Assembly: GCA_938041335.1 (NCBI GenBank)
Contig: CALIAF010000005.1
Location: forward strand, 25 to 64,024
Origin: an uncultured Ulvibacter sp.
Lineage (GTDB): Bacteria; Bacteroidota; Bacteroidia; Flavobacteriales; Flavobacteriaceae
Length of the DNA: 64,000 nucleotides
Reading direction: 5' to 3'
The translations under genes were made by a program, and so were the position numbers. The notes below the pieces were generated by a model. That model saw nothing but the letters and a program-made list of their open reading frames with translations. It ran no database searches and was not told the origin of the DNA. Shown one piece after another: positions 55,839 through 64,000 of this stretch (the stretch's first letter is position 1; each line of letters starts with the position of its first letter).

Positions 55839-55909
55839 CAAATTTGAGCAAAGAACATATTAGAAATAAATAAAATACTCCCAACTGTAGAAAACAGATA
55901 CCGAAGTGT
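55839..55909 (-). promoter_or_regulatory. LytTR-type tandem boxes plus -7 element (TonB receptor)
   Basis: Minus strand ACACTTCGG...ACAGTTGGG at 21-bp period; -7 CAAATTTG at 55839-55846. Confidence 0.78.
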
Positions 55910-55984
55910 CAGTATTTAATTTGACCCTTTGTTTTTGGGTCTTAAAATGATAAAAGGTATCTTCACTTTATTAAGTTATGGGGT

Positions 55985-56578
55985 ATGACTATTTCAGAAA
56001 AAATAGAAGCAATTATTGAAAAACACCCAAAATGGAAAACAGAACTCTATAAAATTCGAGCCGTTTTGCAAGAAAGCGAACTCGAAGAAGCCATAAAGTG
56101 GGGAGCTCCTGCATATTTGTTAGGAACGAAGATCGTAATAGGCTTTATGGGTTTTAAAAACCATTGCGGTATTTGGTTTCATCAAGGCGTATTTTTAAAA
56201 GATAAAGACAAGGTATTGACTAATGCGCAAGAAGGCAAAACAAAAGCCATGCGTATGTGGAAGTTTTATAAAGGAGACACTGTTGACATCGCCTTGTTAA
56301 GAGAATATATGAATGAATCAATAGCAAATACAATTGCCGGTAAAGAGGTTAAACCGGGGCTAAGATTGATTGCTGCACCTCCATTAATCGTACAAGTGTT
56401 ACATACCAATAATGCCCTTAACGATGCTTTTATGGCTTTATCACAAGGCAAGCAGAACGACTATAATGAGTACATTGCAACTGCAAAGCAAGAGAAGACA
56501 AAACAAAGTAGATTGGAAAAAATTATCCCAATGATTATGGCTGGAAAAGGACTACACGATAAATACAAAAACTGTTAA
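55985..56578 (+). CDS. YdeI/OmpD-associated family protein (DUF1801 + OmdA)
   Basis: EEAIKWGAPAY, FKNHCGIWFHQG, LSQGKQNDYNEYIATAKQEKTKQSR. Confidence 0.88.
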   Translation: MTISEKIEAIIEKHPKWKTELYKIRAVLQESELEEAIKWGAPAYLLGTKIVIGFMGFKNHCGIWFHQGVFLKDKDKVLTNAQEGKTKAMRMWKFYKGDTVDIALLREYMNESIANTIAGKEVKPGLRLIAAPPLIVQVLHTNNALNDAFMALSQGKQNDYNEYIATAKQEKTKQSRLEKIIPMIMAGKGLHDKYKNC

Positions 56579-57693
56579 TGGCAAAAGCACTCCGTTTTAA
56601 AAGTTATACTAAAAGACAATTCTGGTTTTATACCAAACGCGCATTATGGGTGCTATTTGCTTGGACCCTGATTGCCGTAGTGCTTTTCTATTTTGAGTAT
56701 TACACGCTAATAAGTGAAAATGCCTTAACCTCTCAATACGACTTTGAGCAAGCATTTACTGCAAATTTAATTATGGCAGTATCTGCAGGGCTTATAGGTG
56801 GTATAGTTACGGTAAACCTCATGGAAAGATGGCTTCGGAAATATGCTTTCTGGAAGGCACTTACTTTAATTATAGTTACCTATATCGTTGCAGCACTTAT
56901 AGTAAGCAGTATTGCGGGGCTTTATTATTACAGTGAGCAGGATGGCTTACCCTTAACACATCCAGATGTTTTAGCCGAATTTGACGGCTTTTTTAAAGAA
57001 TGGATCTTTATAAAAAACTTTATTATCTGGCTTTTCATTGTTATAGGCACCCTAATCGTATTTATGATTAACAATAAGTTTGGTCCAGGTGTATTTCCAG
57101 ATTACCTAATGGGCCGCTATTTTCATCCTAAACGTGAGAAACGTATTTTCATGTTTGTCGATATCAAGGACGCCACTACCATTGCCGAAAATCTTGGAGA
57201 AGAAAAATACTTCAATTTTTTAAAAGATTTTTTTAGAGATATCGCACCAGCCATTGTCATCACTAAAGGAGAGGTGTATCAATATGTAGGTGATGAAGTT
57301 GTAATTTCATGGAAAATGAAAAATGGACTTAAAAAAGGTAACGTGCTGCATTGTTACTATAGTATGCTTAAAATAATTAATCAAAAAGCTTCTCGATATC
57401 AAAGTAAATATGGTCTTGTACCTGAGTTTAAAGTAGGTATTCATTTTGGCCCAATTATGGTGGGTGAACTAGGAGAAATTAAAAGAGAGATCGTATTTTC
57501 TGGAGATGTTTTAAACACGGCTGCTAGAATTAGTGCCAAATGTAATGATCTAGGAGTTTCGATTTTAGCCTCAAAAGAGTTTGCAAACATCACAACAGAA
57601 CTACCTAAATATGTAAAAGTAATTGATGTAGGTGAAGAAAACCTTAAGGGAAAAGCAGAAGATGTGGCACTTGTCACCTATAAAAAAATATAA
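56578..57693 (+). CDS. Membrane-bound class III adenylate/guanylate cyclase-domain protein
   Basis: Four TM segments; FMFVDIKDAT, YQYVGDEV, GIHFG, FSGDVLNTAARI. Confidence 0.9.
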   Translation: MAKALRFKSYTKRQFWFYTKRALWVLFAWTLIAVVLFYFEYYTLISENALTSQYDFEQAFTANLIMAVSAGLIGGIVTVNLMERWLRKYAFWKALTLIIVTYIVAALIVSSIAGLYYYSEQDGLPLTHPDVLAEFDGFFKEWIFIKNFIIWLFIVIGTLIVFMINNKFGPGVFPDYLMGRYFHPKREKRIFMFVDIKDATTIAENLGEEKYFNFLKDFFRDIAPAIVITKGEVYQYVGDEVVISWKMKNGLKKGNVLHCYYSMLKIINQKASRYQSKYGLVPEFKVGIHFGPIMVGELGEIKREIVFSGDVLNTAARISAKCNDLGVSILASKEFANITTELPKYVKVIDVGEENLKGKAEDVALVTYKKI

Positions 57694-57712
57694 ACTTAAA
57701 ACAGCTATCAAT

Positions 57713-58072
57713 ATGAAAACAGATGCGTACACAAAAGTCATTCTAACTGTTATTGCGGTTTGCTTAACGCTAAACGTGGTTCAAAATTTAGATATTATTC
57801 CTACTGCCCAAGCAGCTAATACTAGTTTGGAAACTCCAGAAGTAGAATACCATTTAGTCCCTGTAACACCTAACCAAGTGATGGACGTGCGCATTGTAGA
57901 TATAAACACCTCAGACGAGATGAACATAAATATTAAAAGTGTAGACACCTATGATGAGTTTAAAGTAAACCTAAAAAGTATAGATACCACTGACGAACTT
58001 GATATCAATATTGATGAAGTAGGCGGCTCTTGGGTTTCTAGTGGAGGACCAATAAAAGTGAAAGTGGAGTAA
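57713..58072 (+). CDS. Hypothetical exported protein with 13-residue repeats (start moved from 57632)
   Basis: MKTDAYTKVILTVIAVCL; VRIVDINTSDEMN/INIKSVDTYDEFK/VNLKSIDTTDELD. Confidence 0.75.
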   Translation: MKTDAYTKVILTVIAVCLTLNVVQNLDIIPTAQAANTSLETPEVEYHLVPVTPNQVMDVRIVDINTSDEMNINIKSVDTYDEFKVNLKSIDTTDELDINIDEVGGSWVSSGGPIKVKVE

Positions 58073-58073
58073 A

Positions 58074-58210
58074 AAAAGACCGCTTCGCTGAAAGATAAAA
58101 GACCAATCGCTTCGCTCTTTGAAATAAGAAAGACTTGAATCAACTTTTATTTAGACAAAAAGTCATTCTTCTTTCAGTGCGCCTTGGCGCACGGTCTTTG
58201 TTCTTTGTTC
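58074..58210 (+). repeat. GAAAGA-family self-complementary element, copy 3
   Basis: AAAGACCAATCGCTTCGCTCTTTGAAATAAGAAAGAC ... GTCATTCTTCTTTCAGTGCGCCTTGGCGCACGGTCTTTG, starting right after a stop codon. Confidence 0.88.
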
Positions 58211-58227
58211 AAATATTATAAAATAAA

Positions 58228-58261
58228 AAAACCGCGTTCTACAAAAGCAGCACGCGGTTTT
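58228..58261 (-). terminator. Terminator after ndk
   Basis: AAAACCGCGT...ACGCGGTTTT. Confidence 0.75.
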
Positions 58262-58279
58262 AAATGTTATAAAATGTTC

Positions 58280-58699
58280 TTAGAACATCTCTCTACCAGA
58301 AAAATGGAAAGCTCCTTCTATCGCAGCGTTTTCATCGCTATCACTACCGTGTACTGCATTTTCACCTATAGAGGCAGCATATAACTTACGGATAGTTCCT
58401 TCTGCAGCGTCTGCTGGATTAGTTGCACCAATTAAGGTACGGAAATCCTCAACAGCATTATCTTTTTCTAAGATAGCAGCTACAATAGGACCTCTTGTCA
58501 TATACTCAACTAGCTCTCCAAAAAATGGACGCTCGTTGTGCACTGCATAAAATGCTTGTGCATCTGCAGTAGTCATTTGCGTTTCTTTTAAAGCTACGAT
58601 TCTAAAACCGGCAGCGTTTATTTTTTCTAAAATGGCACCAATGTGTCCTTTCTCAACACTATCTGGCTTTAACATAGTAAACGTTCTATCTGTTCTCAT
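58280..58699 (-). CDS. ndk: Nucleoside-diphosphate kinase
   Basis: [32 protein letters not shown]. Confidence 0.97.
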   Translation of the reverse strand: MRTDRTFTMLKPDSVEKGHIGAILEKINAAGFRIVALKETQMTTADAQAFYAVHNERPFFGELVEYMTRGPIVAAILEKDNAVEDFRTLIGATNPADAAEGTIRKLYAASIGENAVHGSDSDENAAIEGAFHFSGREMF

Positions 58700-58809
58700 A
58701 AGAGTAATTTTAAATTTTTTGCAAAAATAAGCCTTTATGTTAGATATGCAAAAAGGTGAGCATTTTTGTTCAACTCAGCGTGATGTAAACATATACGTAC
58801 AAACCCGTA

Positions 58810-58830
58810 TTAACATTTTCTTAACATTTT
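58810..58830 (+). promoter_or_regulatory. 11-bp-period direct repeat upstream of the T9SS/RHS locus
   Basis: TTAACATTTT-C-TTAACATTTT. Confidence 0.5.
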
Positions 58831-58873
58831 TATCTGTTTATCTCTCCTAAATTTCAGGTTAAATAAACACTAT

Positions 58874-60439
58874 ATGAAGATTAGTACTTAACTCCTCGCA
58901 ATCCTCTTTTCAATCTCTTTACAAGCCCAAGATGTACTTTGGGAAAAATCATATGGCGGCATTCACGCCGAAAGGCTCTCTGACGTAATCCCAACTGCAG
59001 ATTTTGGTTTTATTTTGGCAGGAAGTTCTATTTCTGACAAGAATGGGAACAAACAAGACAAATCTTTTGGAGGTTTTGACTATTGGATTTGGAAAATGAA
59101 TGAAACAGGCGGACTTGAATGGCAGAAAAGTCTTGGCGGAAACAAATCTGATTTTTTAAGCAAAGTAATTGGAACTAGCGATGGTGGTTTTTTGCTTGCA
59201 GGAACAAGTAGCTCTGACAAAAACGAAATTAAAAAAGAAGCTAATCAAGGTAATGCAGACTTTTGGGTACTTAAACTAAATGCGGACGGCTCAGAACAAT
59301 GGCAAACTACTTTAGGTGGTTTTGCCAGTGATGAACTCATTACTGCAATTCAATTACCAGATGGTGGATTTCTGCTCGCTGGTAATTCTTCTTCAGGAAA
59401 ATCTGGCACAAAGACAGAAGTCAATTTTGGCAATAAAGACATCTGGTTAATAAGACTAAATTCTTCTGGACAGACAGAATGGGAAAAATCCTATGGAGGT
59501 CATTATGTAGACCAAGTGCAATCGGTTGCTGCAATTGATGATGAGCTCTATATACTAGGATATAGTAACTCTCCAGAAAACGGCAATAAATCAACACAAG
59601 CTCTTGGTATGGGTGACTACTGGCTTATTAAAACAGATAAGGACGGTAATACTATTTGGCAAAAAGCCTTTGGTGGCGAGGGAGATGATCATCCATACAC
59701 TATGATTGTGTTAGCAGATGAGCATTTATTGATAGGTGGTGTTTCTACAACCAATTATAGTGACACCAAAAAAGTTTCTAATGATAAAGGTACCGATATT
59801 TGGATATTTAAAACAACCACAAATGGGGATATTCTATGGGAAGAAACCTATAACATAGGAAAATATGATATGATTGCTAATCTCTCTGAGAATGAAGACG
59901 GCACTATACTCATAGGTGCTTATGCAAAAAGTGAAAAGGCTGGCGTAAAGGCAAGCGATAAAAAAGGCGTCAATGATTATGTGGCTATCAAGATTGAAGC
60001 TGAAGGAAAAAAGAAGTGGCAGAAAGAAATAGGAAGTAATGGCGACGATATTCTTACAAAGTTAATACGAACCAGAGATGGTGGTTATGTTTTAGCAGGG
60101 ACCAGTAAGGGTGCGATTTCTAGGGAACGAAATACCCAACAAGGACAAGATGACTTTTGGGTGGTAAAACTACTAGACGAAGATAATGACGATAATGATG
60201 GTGTCCCGATGTTAGAGGCTATCCCGAACCCTACAGACAGATTTACCAATGTAATTATCAATACAGACTTTGAAGAAGCCGAAGCTATTCTTTACGATAT
60301 AAGCGGTAGAGAATTACAGCGCCTTGAAGTAAATGGACGGACTGTTCCAGTTGATTTACGAAACTTGCCCATGGGTGTCTATCTCGTTCAAATACTAGCG
60401 GACGAAGAAACGTATTCCGTTAAGATATTGAAAAAATAA
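58874..60439 (+). pseudogene. T9SS type-A-sorted beta-propeller repeat protein with an in-frame TAA in its signal peptide (track ORF 59015-60439 is the downstream part)
   Basis: ATG AAG ATT AGT ACT TAA CTC CTC GCA... gives MKIST*LLAILFSISLQAQDVLWEKSYGG, in frame with 59015; W-x-K-x-[LFY]-G-G repeats; CTD IPNPT...YDISGREL...GVYLVQI. Confidence 0.78.
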
Positions 60440-60470
60440 GCAACTCACATTTTCCTTAAAAATATAATTT

Positions 60471-63400
60471 ATGTTAAAGCATATAAGACTGACCTTACCC
60501 CTTTTATTTTTGTTTTCTTTCCTGTATGGGCAGAACCCAAATCAGCATAATGTAGAATTACCCACGATAATACCGCCATCGCCTACGGTTGCAAATCTTA
60601 TGCAATTTGAAGAGGTTCCAATTAATAACTATACAGGTCAGCCTAATATTGGACTACCACTTTATAGCACAAACATTGATTCGAAAATGGGTCTAAATTT
60701 ATCACTTGCCTATAATACTCAGGGGATAAAAATAAATAGTCGATCAGGTTGGACAGGAACTGGATGGAGTCTAATGGCAGGTGGAACTGTATCTCGAACA
60801 GTACGCGGATTGCCAGATGATAAAATGAATAACGTTATGGGAACGGGTGTTGGAGTATTTCATAACGACGCTTTTTGGAACTATGAAAATTTATCAAATT
60901 ATGATAAGTACGAGTTTGCATATCGATCAAATGGAGCATTAGATCATACTTATGACCACGAGCTAGATTTATATCAATTTAATGCTATGGGCGTCTCTGG
61001 TCGATTTGTGGTTGTAAAAGAAGGTGGCGTTTTAATTCCTAAACTTTTATCAAAAGACGCCAATTATAAAATTGAGTTAAATTATGGTACTCCTCAAAAT
61101 CCTTATGAATTAGTAGATTTTACAATTACAGATACAAACGGCTACGAATATGTTTTTTCTGAACAGGAAAAAATACAGAACACACCATTTTCAGGTGTTA
61201 AAAGACAGGGAGAAGTTGGGGAAGTCAACGCAAGCGGTACTGCTTTAGAAACGACCATAACAAATGCTTGGCATTTAAAAAGAATTTACAATCCAAATAA
61301 CATACAAATTGCGCTTTTTCACTATCAAAACAGTGCAGAAACCTATATTTCTTCAGTGCAGAAAACTTCTGCTAGACCAGCTAACCAGCTCTCTTCGTGG
61401 CATAGTATACTAGAAATAGATTATAATCGAAGTGTATTAACTCCAAGACTTACGGTTAATTATCAATCCTCCTCTGGTGTAACAAAAAAAATACAAAAAA
61501 TTGAATTACTAAATAAAACAAAAATTCATTTCGAATTTCATAGCACTAAAGTCAATCCTGAAACTAATGGTAAAGTTTTGCAGTATATTAGAATTGAAGA
61601 CAGACATGAACAAGAGTTTAAAAAGTTTGAATTTATTTATTTTGAAGATTCTCGTTTATGGCTAGATCAAGTAATAGAAACCGCTGGTTCGGGATCTTTA
61701 TCTCATCTATTGACTTACAACGATCGTGACAATCTTCCTGCGTTTGATGAAGAACAAGATGATTGGGGCTATTTTATGGGATCAAATACACAACTTTGTG
61801 GGTTATCTGAACCAGATCCAAGTGTAGTAACAACAGGATTATTAGAATCGATTACATATCCAACTGGCGGAACAAAAGAATTTACTTTTGAACCACATAG
61901 AGTAACGTATCAAGGAGGCGCTATGCTGACCGACGATGAGTATCGACTCATGAATCCAGACAACTGGATTGTGCAACAAAGTAACGGGACATTTGATGCC
62001 AGCACAGATAACAGTGTAGGCAATCCAAATGCTCCGTCAGAAACCTTTACAATTGCGCAAGCACAAGATATTGCATTTCAATATACAATTATCGACCCTA
62101 ACAATGAAGCAGATAATAGTTGGATTGATTTAACTGGGCCAGGTAATTTTAGCCATTCAATACAATTGGATAGACCTGAAGGGTATATTACTCTAGAACC
62201 TGGAAATTACGAGTATAAATTTAGAACATTAACTACAGCAGCAACGTTAACTGTTTCCATATGTTTCGGATACAAAGATTTCGAGCCTACAATTAAAAAG
62301 TTTGTTTACGGCGGTGGGGTTAGAATTAAAGAAATTAAGTTTAATGATGGAATTAACGAAGCGCGTTCCTTTGATTATAGTTATGATGAAGACACTAATG
62401 GTACCATTTCTTCTGGAGCAATTGATGGAGTTTTGACTGGCAATAAAAACCAATATAACAAAATGTTTAATGGTTTTTTATTAGTTTCAAATTGTCCAGT
62501 AGACCCATACTTAGAAAACATTCTCTTTACCCATACATCCAGATCAAATAAAGCAGAACTCACAAGCGGTCAATATGTAGGCTATAAAAAAGTAAAAATT
62601 TCTGAAAGTAATAATGGTTACACTGAAGTTGTCTATACATCCGCTCAAGATTTTTATAGTAACTCGGATGTTTTTACTTATCCCTTTGCTCCCGCAGAAG
62701 ACATCGAATATAAAAGAGGTCTTTTGTTAACCCAACAAACTTTTGATAATGCAAATAGAATTGTTAAAGAAATCTCCAATTTAAATAACAACAATCCAGA
62801 TTATACGTTTATTTCAGATCCTATTGCAGCGTCATATCGTGTATATAGTTCAAACTGTGAATGGGCTCAATTTTATCAAACCTATCAGAATTATTTCAAC
62901 AAAAACAATTCATTGTCACTAAATAAATGTCTAGGTTTAGGTGGTTGCACAGTTGATTGTTTTTTAGAAGGTTACGATAATTGTGGAGCTGCGCCATATA
63001 TATTACAGTCAAATGATGTAAAATCAACTTGGGCAAAACTTAATGGCACTACCACCAAAGACTATTTCTATAATGGCAATACGCAACAAGTAATTGAAAC
63101 TAAAAAAACGTTTACTTACAATGATGAAAATTTTCAAGTTGCTGAAGAAAACCTTTATCTAGATGGATTGAATGGTGACCATTATAAATATGAATATTTT
63201 TATCCTGTAGGAAATACTATACCCTCAAATTATACTGGGTATGCTTATTCAATCACTGGTTTAATCGATAGCAACAAATTAAACGAAGTGCTAGTAAATA
63301 CCATCTCAAAAAATGGAGTGCAACTTTCAGAAAAACATATTAATTACATCGAGTATGCAACGGGACAGTTTTTGCCGTATCAAGTTATAATTGCAAAAGG

Positions 63401-64000
63401 TACTCAACCATTAGAAACTAGATTAACTTTTAACAGATATACTGTCTTAGACAACATTGAAGAGTATGAGAACAGTGCAGGAGATCCTACAACAATTCTG
63501 TGGGGTTACCACGGCACCCTATCAGTCGTAAAACTAGATAACATTAGTTATAATTCAATTCCATCAAGTCATAGAAGTGTAATTGTAAACGGCTCTAGCA
63601 ACTTAGGAGTGACAGATTTGCAAATAGCTAATAGAATTGAAAATCTAAGAAAACACGCCTCTATGGAAGACGCCATGCTCACTGGCCTCTCTTATAAACC
63701 AATTGTTGGAGCAACGACTTCCACCGACGCTAAAGGCAACACCCAATTTTTTGACTACGACCCTTTTGGTAGATTACAAAACATTAAAAACGAACAAGGA
63801 CATCTTGTACAACAAAATCAATATCAGTACACCGATGGTACCAATGAAAACTATGTAAAATCTACAGCCTTTAAAGTGGCAACATCTAATGGCTTTACTA
63901 ATCCTGATGACAGAATTAACAACGTTACTTTTCTTGACGGGCTTGGAAGACCCATTCAACAAGTAGCAGAACGACAAAGTGGTACTGGTGGTGACCTAAT
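60471..64000 (+). CDS. Large YD-repeat protein apparently fused to a DUF6443/RHS N-terminal region; runs off the window; not in the ORF track
   Basis: Signal peptide; IIPPSPT, GWSLMAGGTVSRTVRGLPDD, ITYPTGG, YGGGVRIKEI, YDPFGRL, then ENYVK...FLDGLGRPIQQV. Frame checked at the start, several internal segments and the end, not codon by codon. Confidence 0.82.
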   Translation, partial: MLKHIRLTLPLLFLFSFLYGQNPNQHNVELPTIIPPSPTVANLMQFEEVPINNYTGQPNIGLPLYSTNIDSKMGLNLSLAYNTQGIKINSRSGWTGTGWSLMAGGTVSRTVRGLPDDKMNNVMGTGVGVFHNDAFWNYENLSNYDKYEFAYRSNGALDHTYDHELDLYQFNAMGVSGRFVVVKEGGVLIPKLLSKDANYKIELNYGTPQNPYELVDFTITDTNGYEYVFSEQEKIQNTPFSGVKRQGEVGEVNASGTALETTITNAWHLKRIYNPNNIQIALFHYQNSAETYISSVQKTSARPANQLSSWHSILEIDYNRSVLTPRLTVNYQSSSGVTKKIQKIELLNKTKIHFEFHSTKVNPETNGKVLQYIRIEDRHEQEFKKFEFIYFEDSRLWLDQVIETAGSGSLSHLLTYNDRDNLPAFDEEQDDWGYFMGSNTQLCGLSEPDPSVVTTGLLESITYPTGGTKEFTFEPHRVTYQGGAMLTDDEYRLMNPDNWIVQQSNGTFDASTDNSVGNPNAPSETFTIAQAQDIAFQYTIIDPNNEADNSWIDLTGPGNFSHSIQLDRPEGYITLEPGNYEYKFRTLTTAATLTVSICFGYKDFEPTIKKFVYGGGVRIKEIKFNDGINEARSFDYSYDEDTNGTISSGAIDGVLTGNKNQYNKMFNGFLLVSNCPVDPYLENILFTHTSRSNKAELTSGQYVGYKKVKISESNNGYTEVVYTSAQDFYSNSDVFTYPFAPAEDIEYKRGLLLTQQTFDNANRIVKEISNLNNNNPDYTFISDPIAASYRVYSSNCEWAQFYQTYQNYFNKNNSLSLNKCLGLGGCTVDCFLEGYDNCGAAPYILQSNDVKSTWAKLNGTTTKDYFYNGNTQQVIETKKTFTYNDENFQVAEENLYLDGLNGDHYKYEYFYPVGNTIPSNYTGYAYSITGLIDSNKLNEVLVNTISKNGVQLSEKHINYIEYATGQFLPYQVIIAKGTQPLETRLTFNRYTVLDNIEEYENSAGDPTTILWGYHGTLSVVKLDNISYNSIPSSHRSVIVNGSSNLGVTDLQIANRIENLRKHASMEDAMLTGLSYKPIVGATTSTDAKGNTQFFDYDPFGRLQNIKNEQGHLVQQNQYQYTDGTNENYVKSTAFKVATSNGFTNPDDRINNVTFLDGLGRPIQQVAERQSGTGGDL

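Noticed and set aside
2604-63977. Remaining short track ORFs antisense to or nested in long genes (e.g. 2604-2936, 3395-3736, 6111-6515, 19185-19533, 22543-23093, 32263-32706, 40085-40354, 62247-62563, 63774-63977)
   Set aside because: No recognisable motifs; fully explained as alternative frames of well-supported CDSs

Overview
AT-rich chromosomal window from a Bacteroidota (Flavobacteriaceae-like) bacterium, inferred from T9SS C-terminal sorting domains, TAnnTTTG-type -7 promoter boxes and A-rich, SD-less start regions. Left to right: a SIR2-HerA anti-phage pair (HerA cut by the window edge); a marR-fadN-fadA-fadE beta-oxidation operon with a repeat insertion in every intergenic gap; an array of unannotated 28-38 aa ORFs; many secreted hydrolases (EEP nuclease, M28, sulfatase, M1, amidohydrolase, two VPS10/BNR proteins, S9, M36); a VWA + AAA ATPase pair; sodC; an ECF/anti-sigma/DUF4331/TPR cluster; a TonB receptor-LytS/LytTR-2TM cluster; a class III cyclase; ndk; and a T9SS protein/YD-RHS locus running off the right edge. 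No rRNA, tRNA, CRISPR array or transposase was seen. The strongest unexplained signals: (1) four-helix-bundle (23S-IVS/Avd-like) genes in operon gaps, bracketed by inverted heptamer tracts, with two decayed gene remnants in the same kind of cassette; (2) a ~140-160 bp self-complementary element with covarying hairpins (3 full copies plus one half); (3) three paralogous micro-ORFs sharing W-N-x-K-R-R-Y; (4) three identically spaced LytTR-type boxes; (5) a second ECF-type promoter pointing into an empty intergenic region. All product names come from motif recognition, not database searches.
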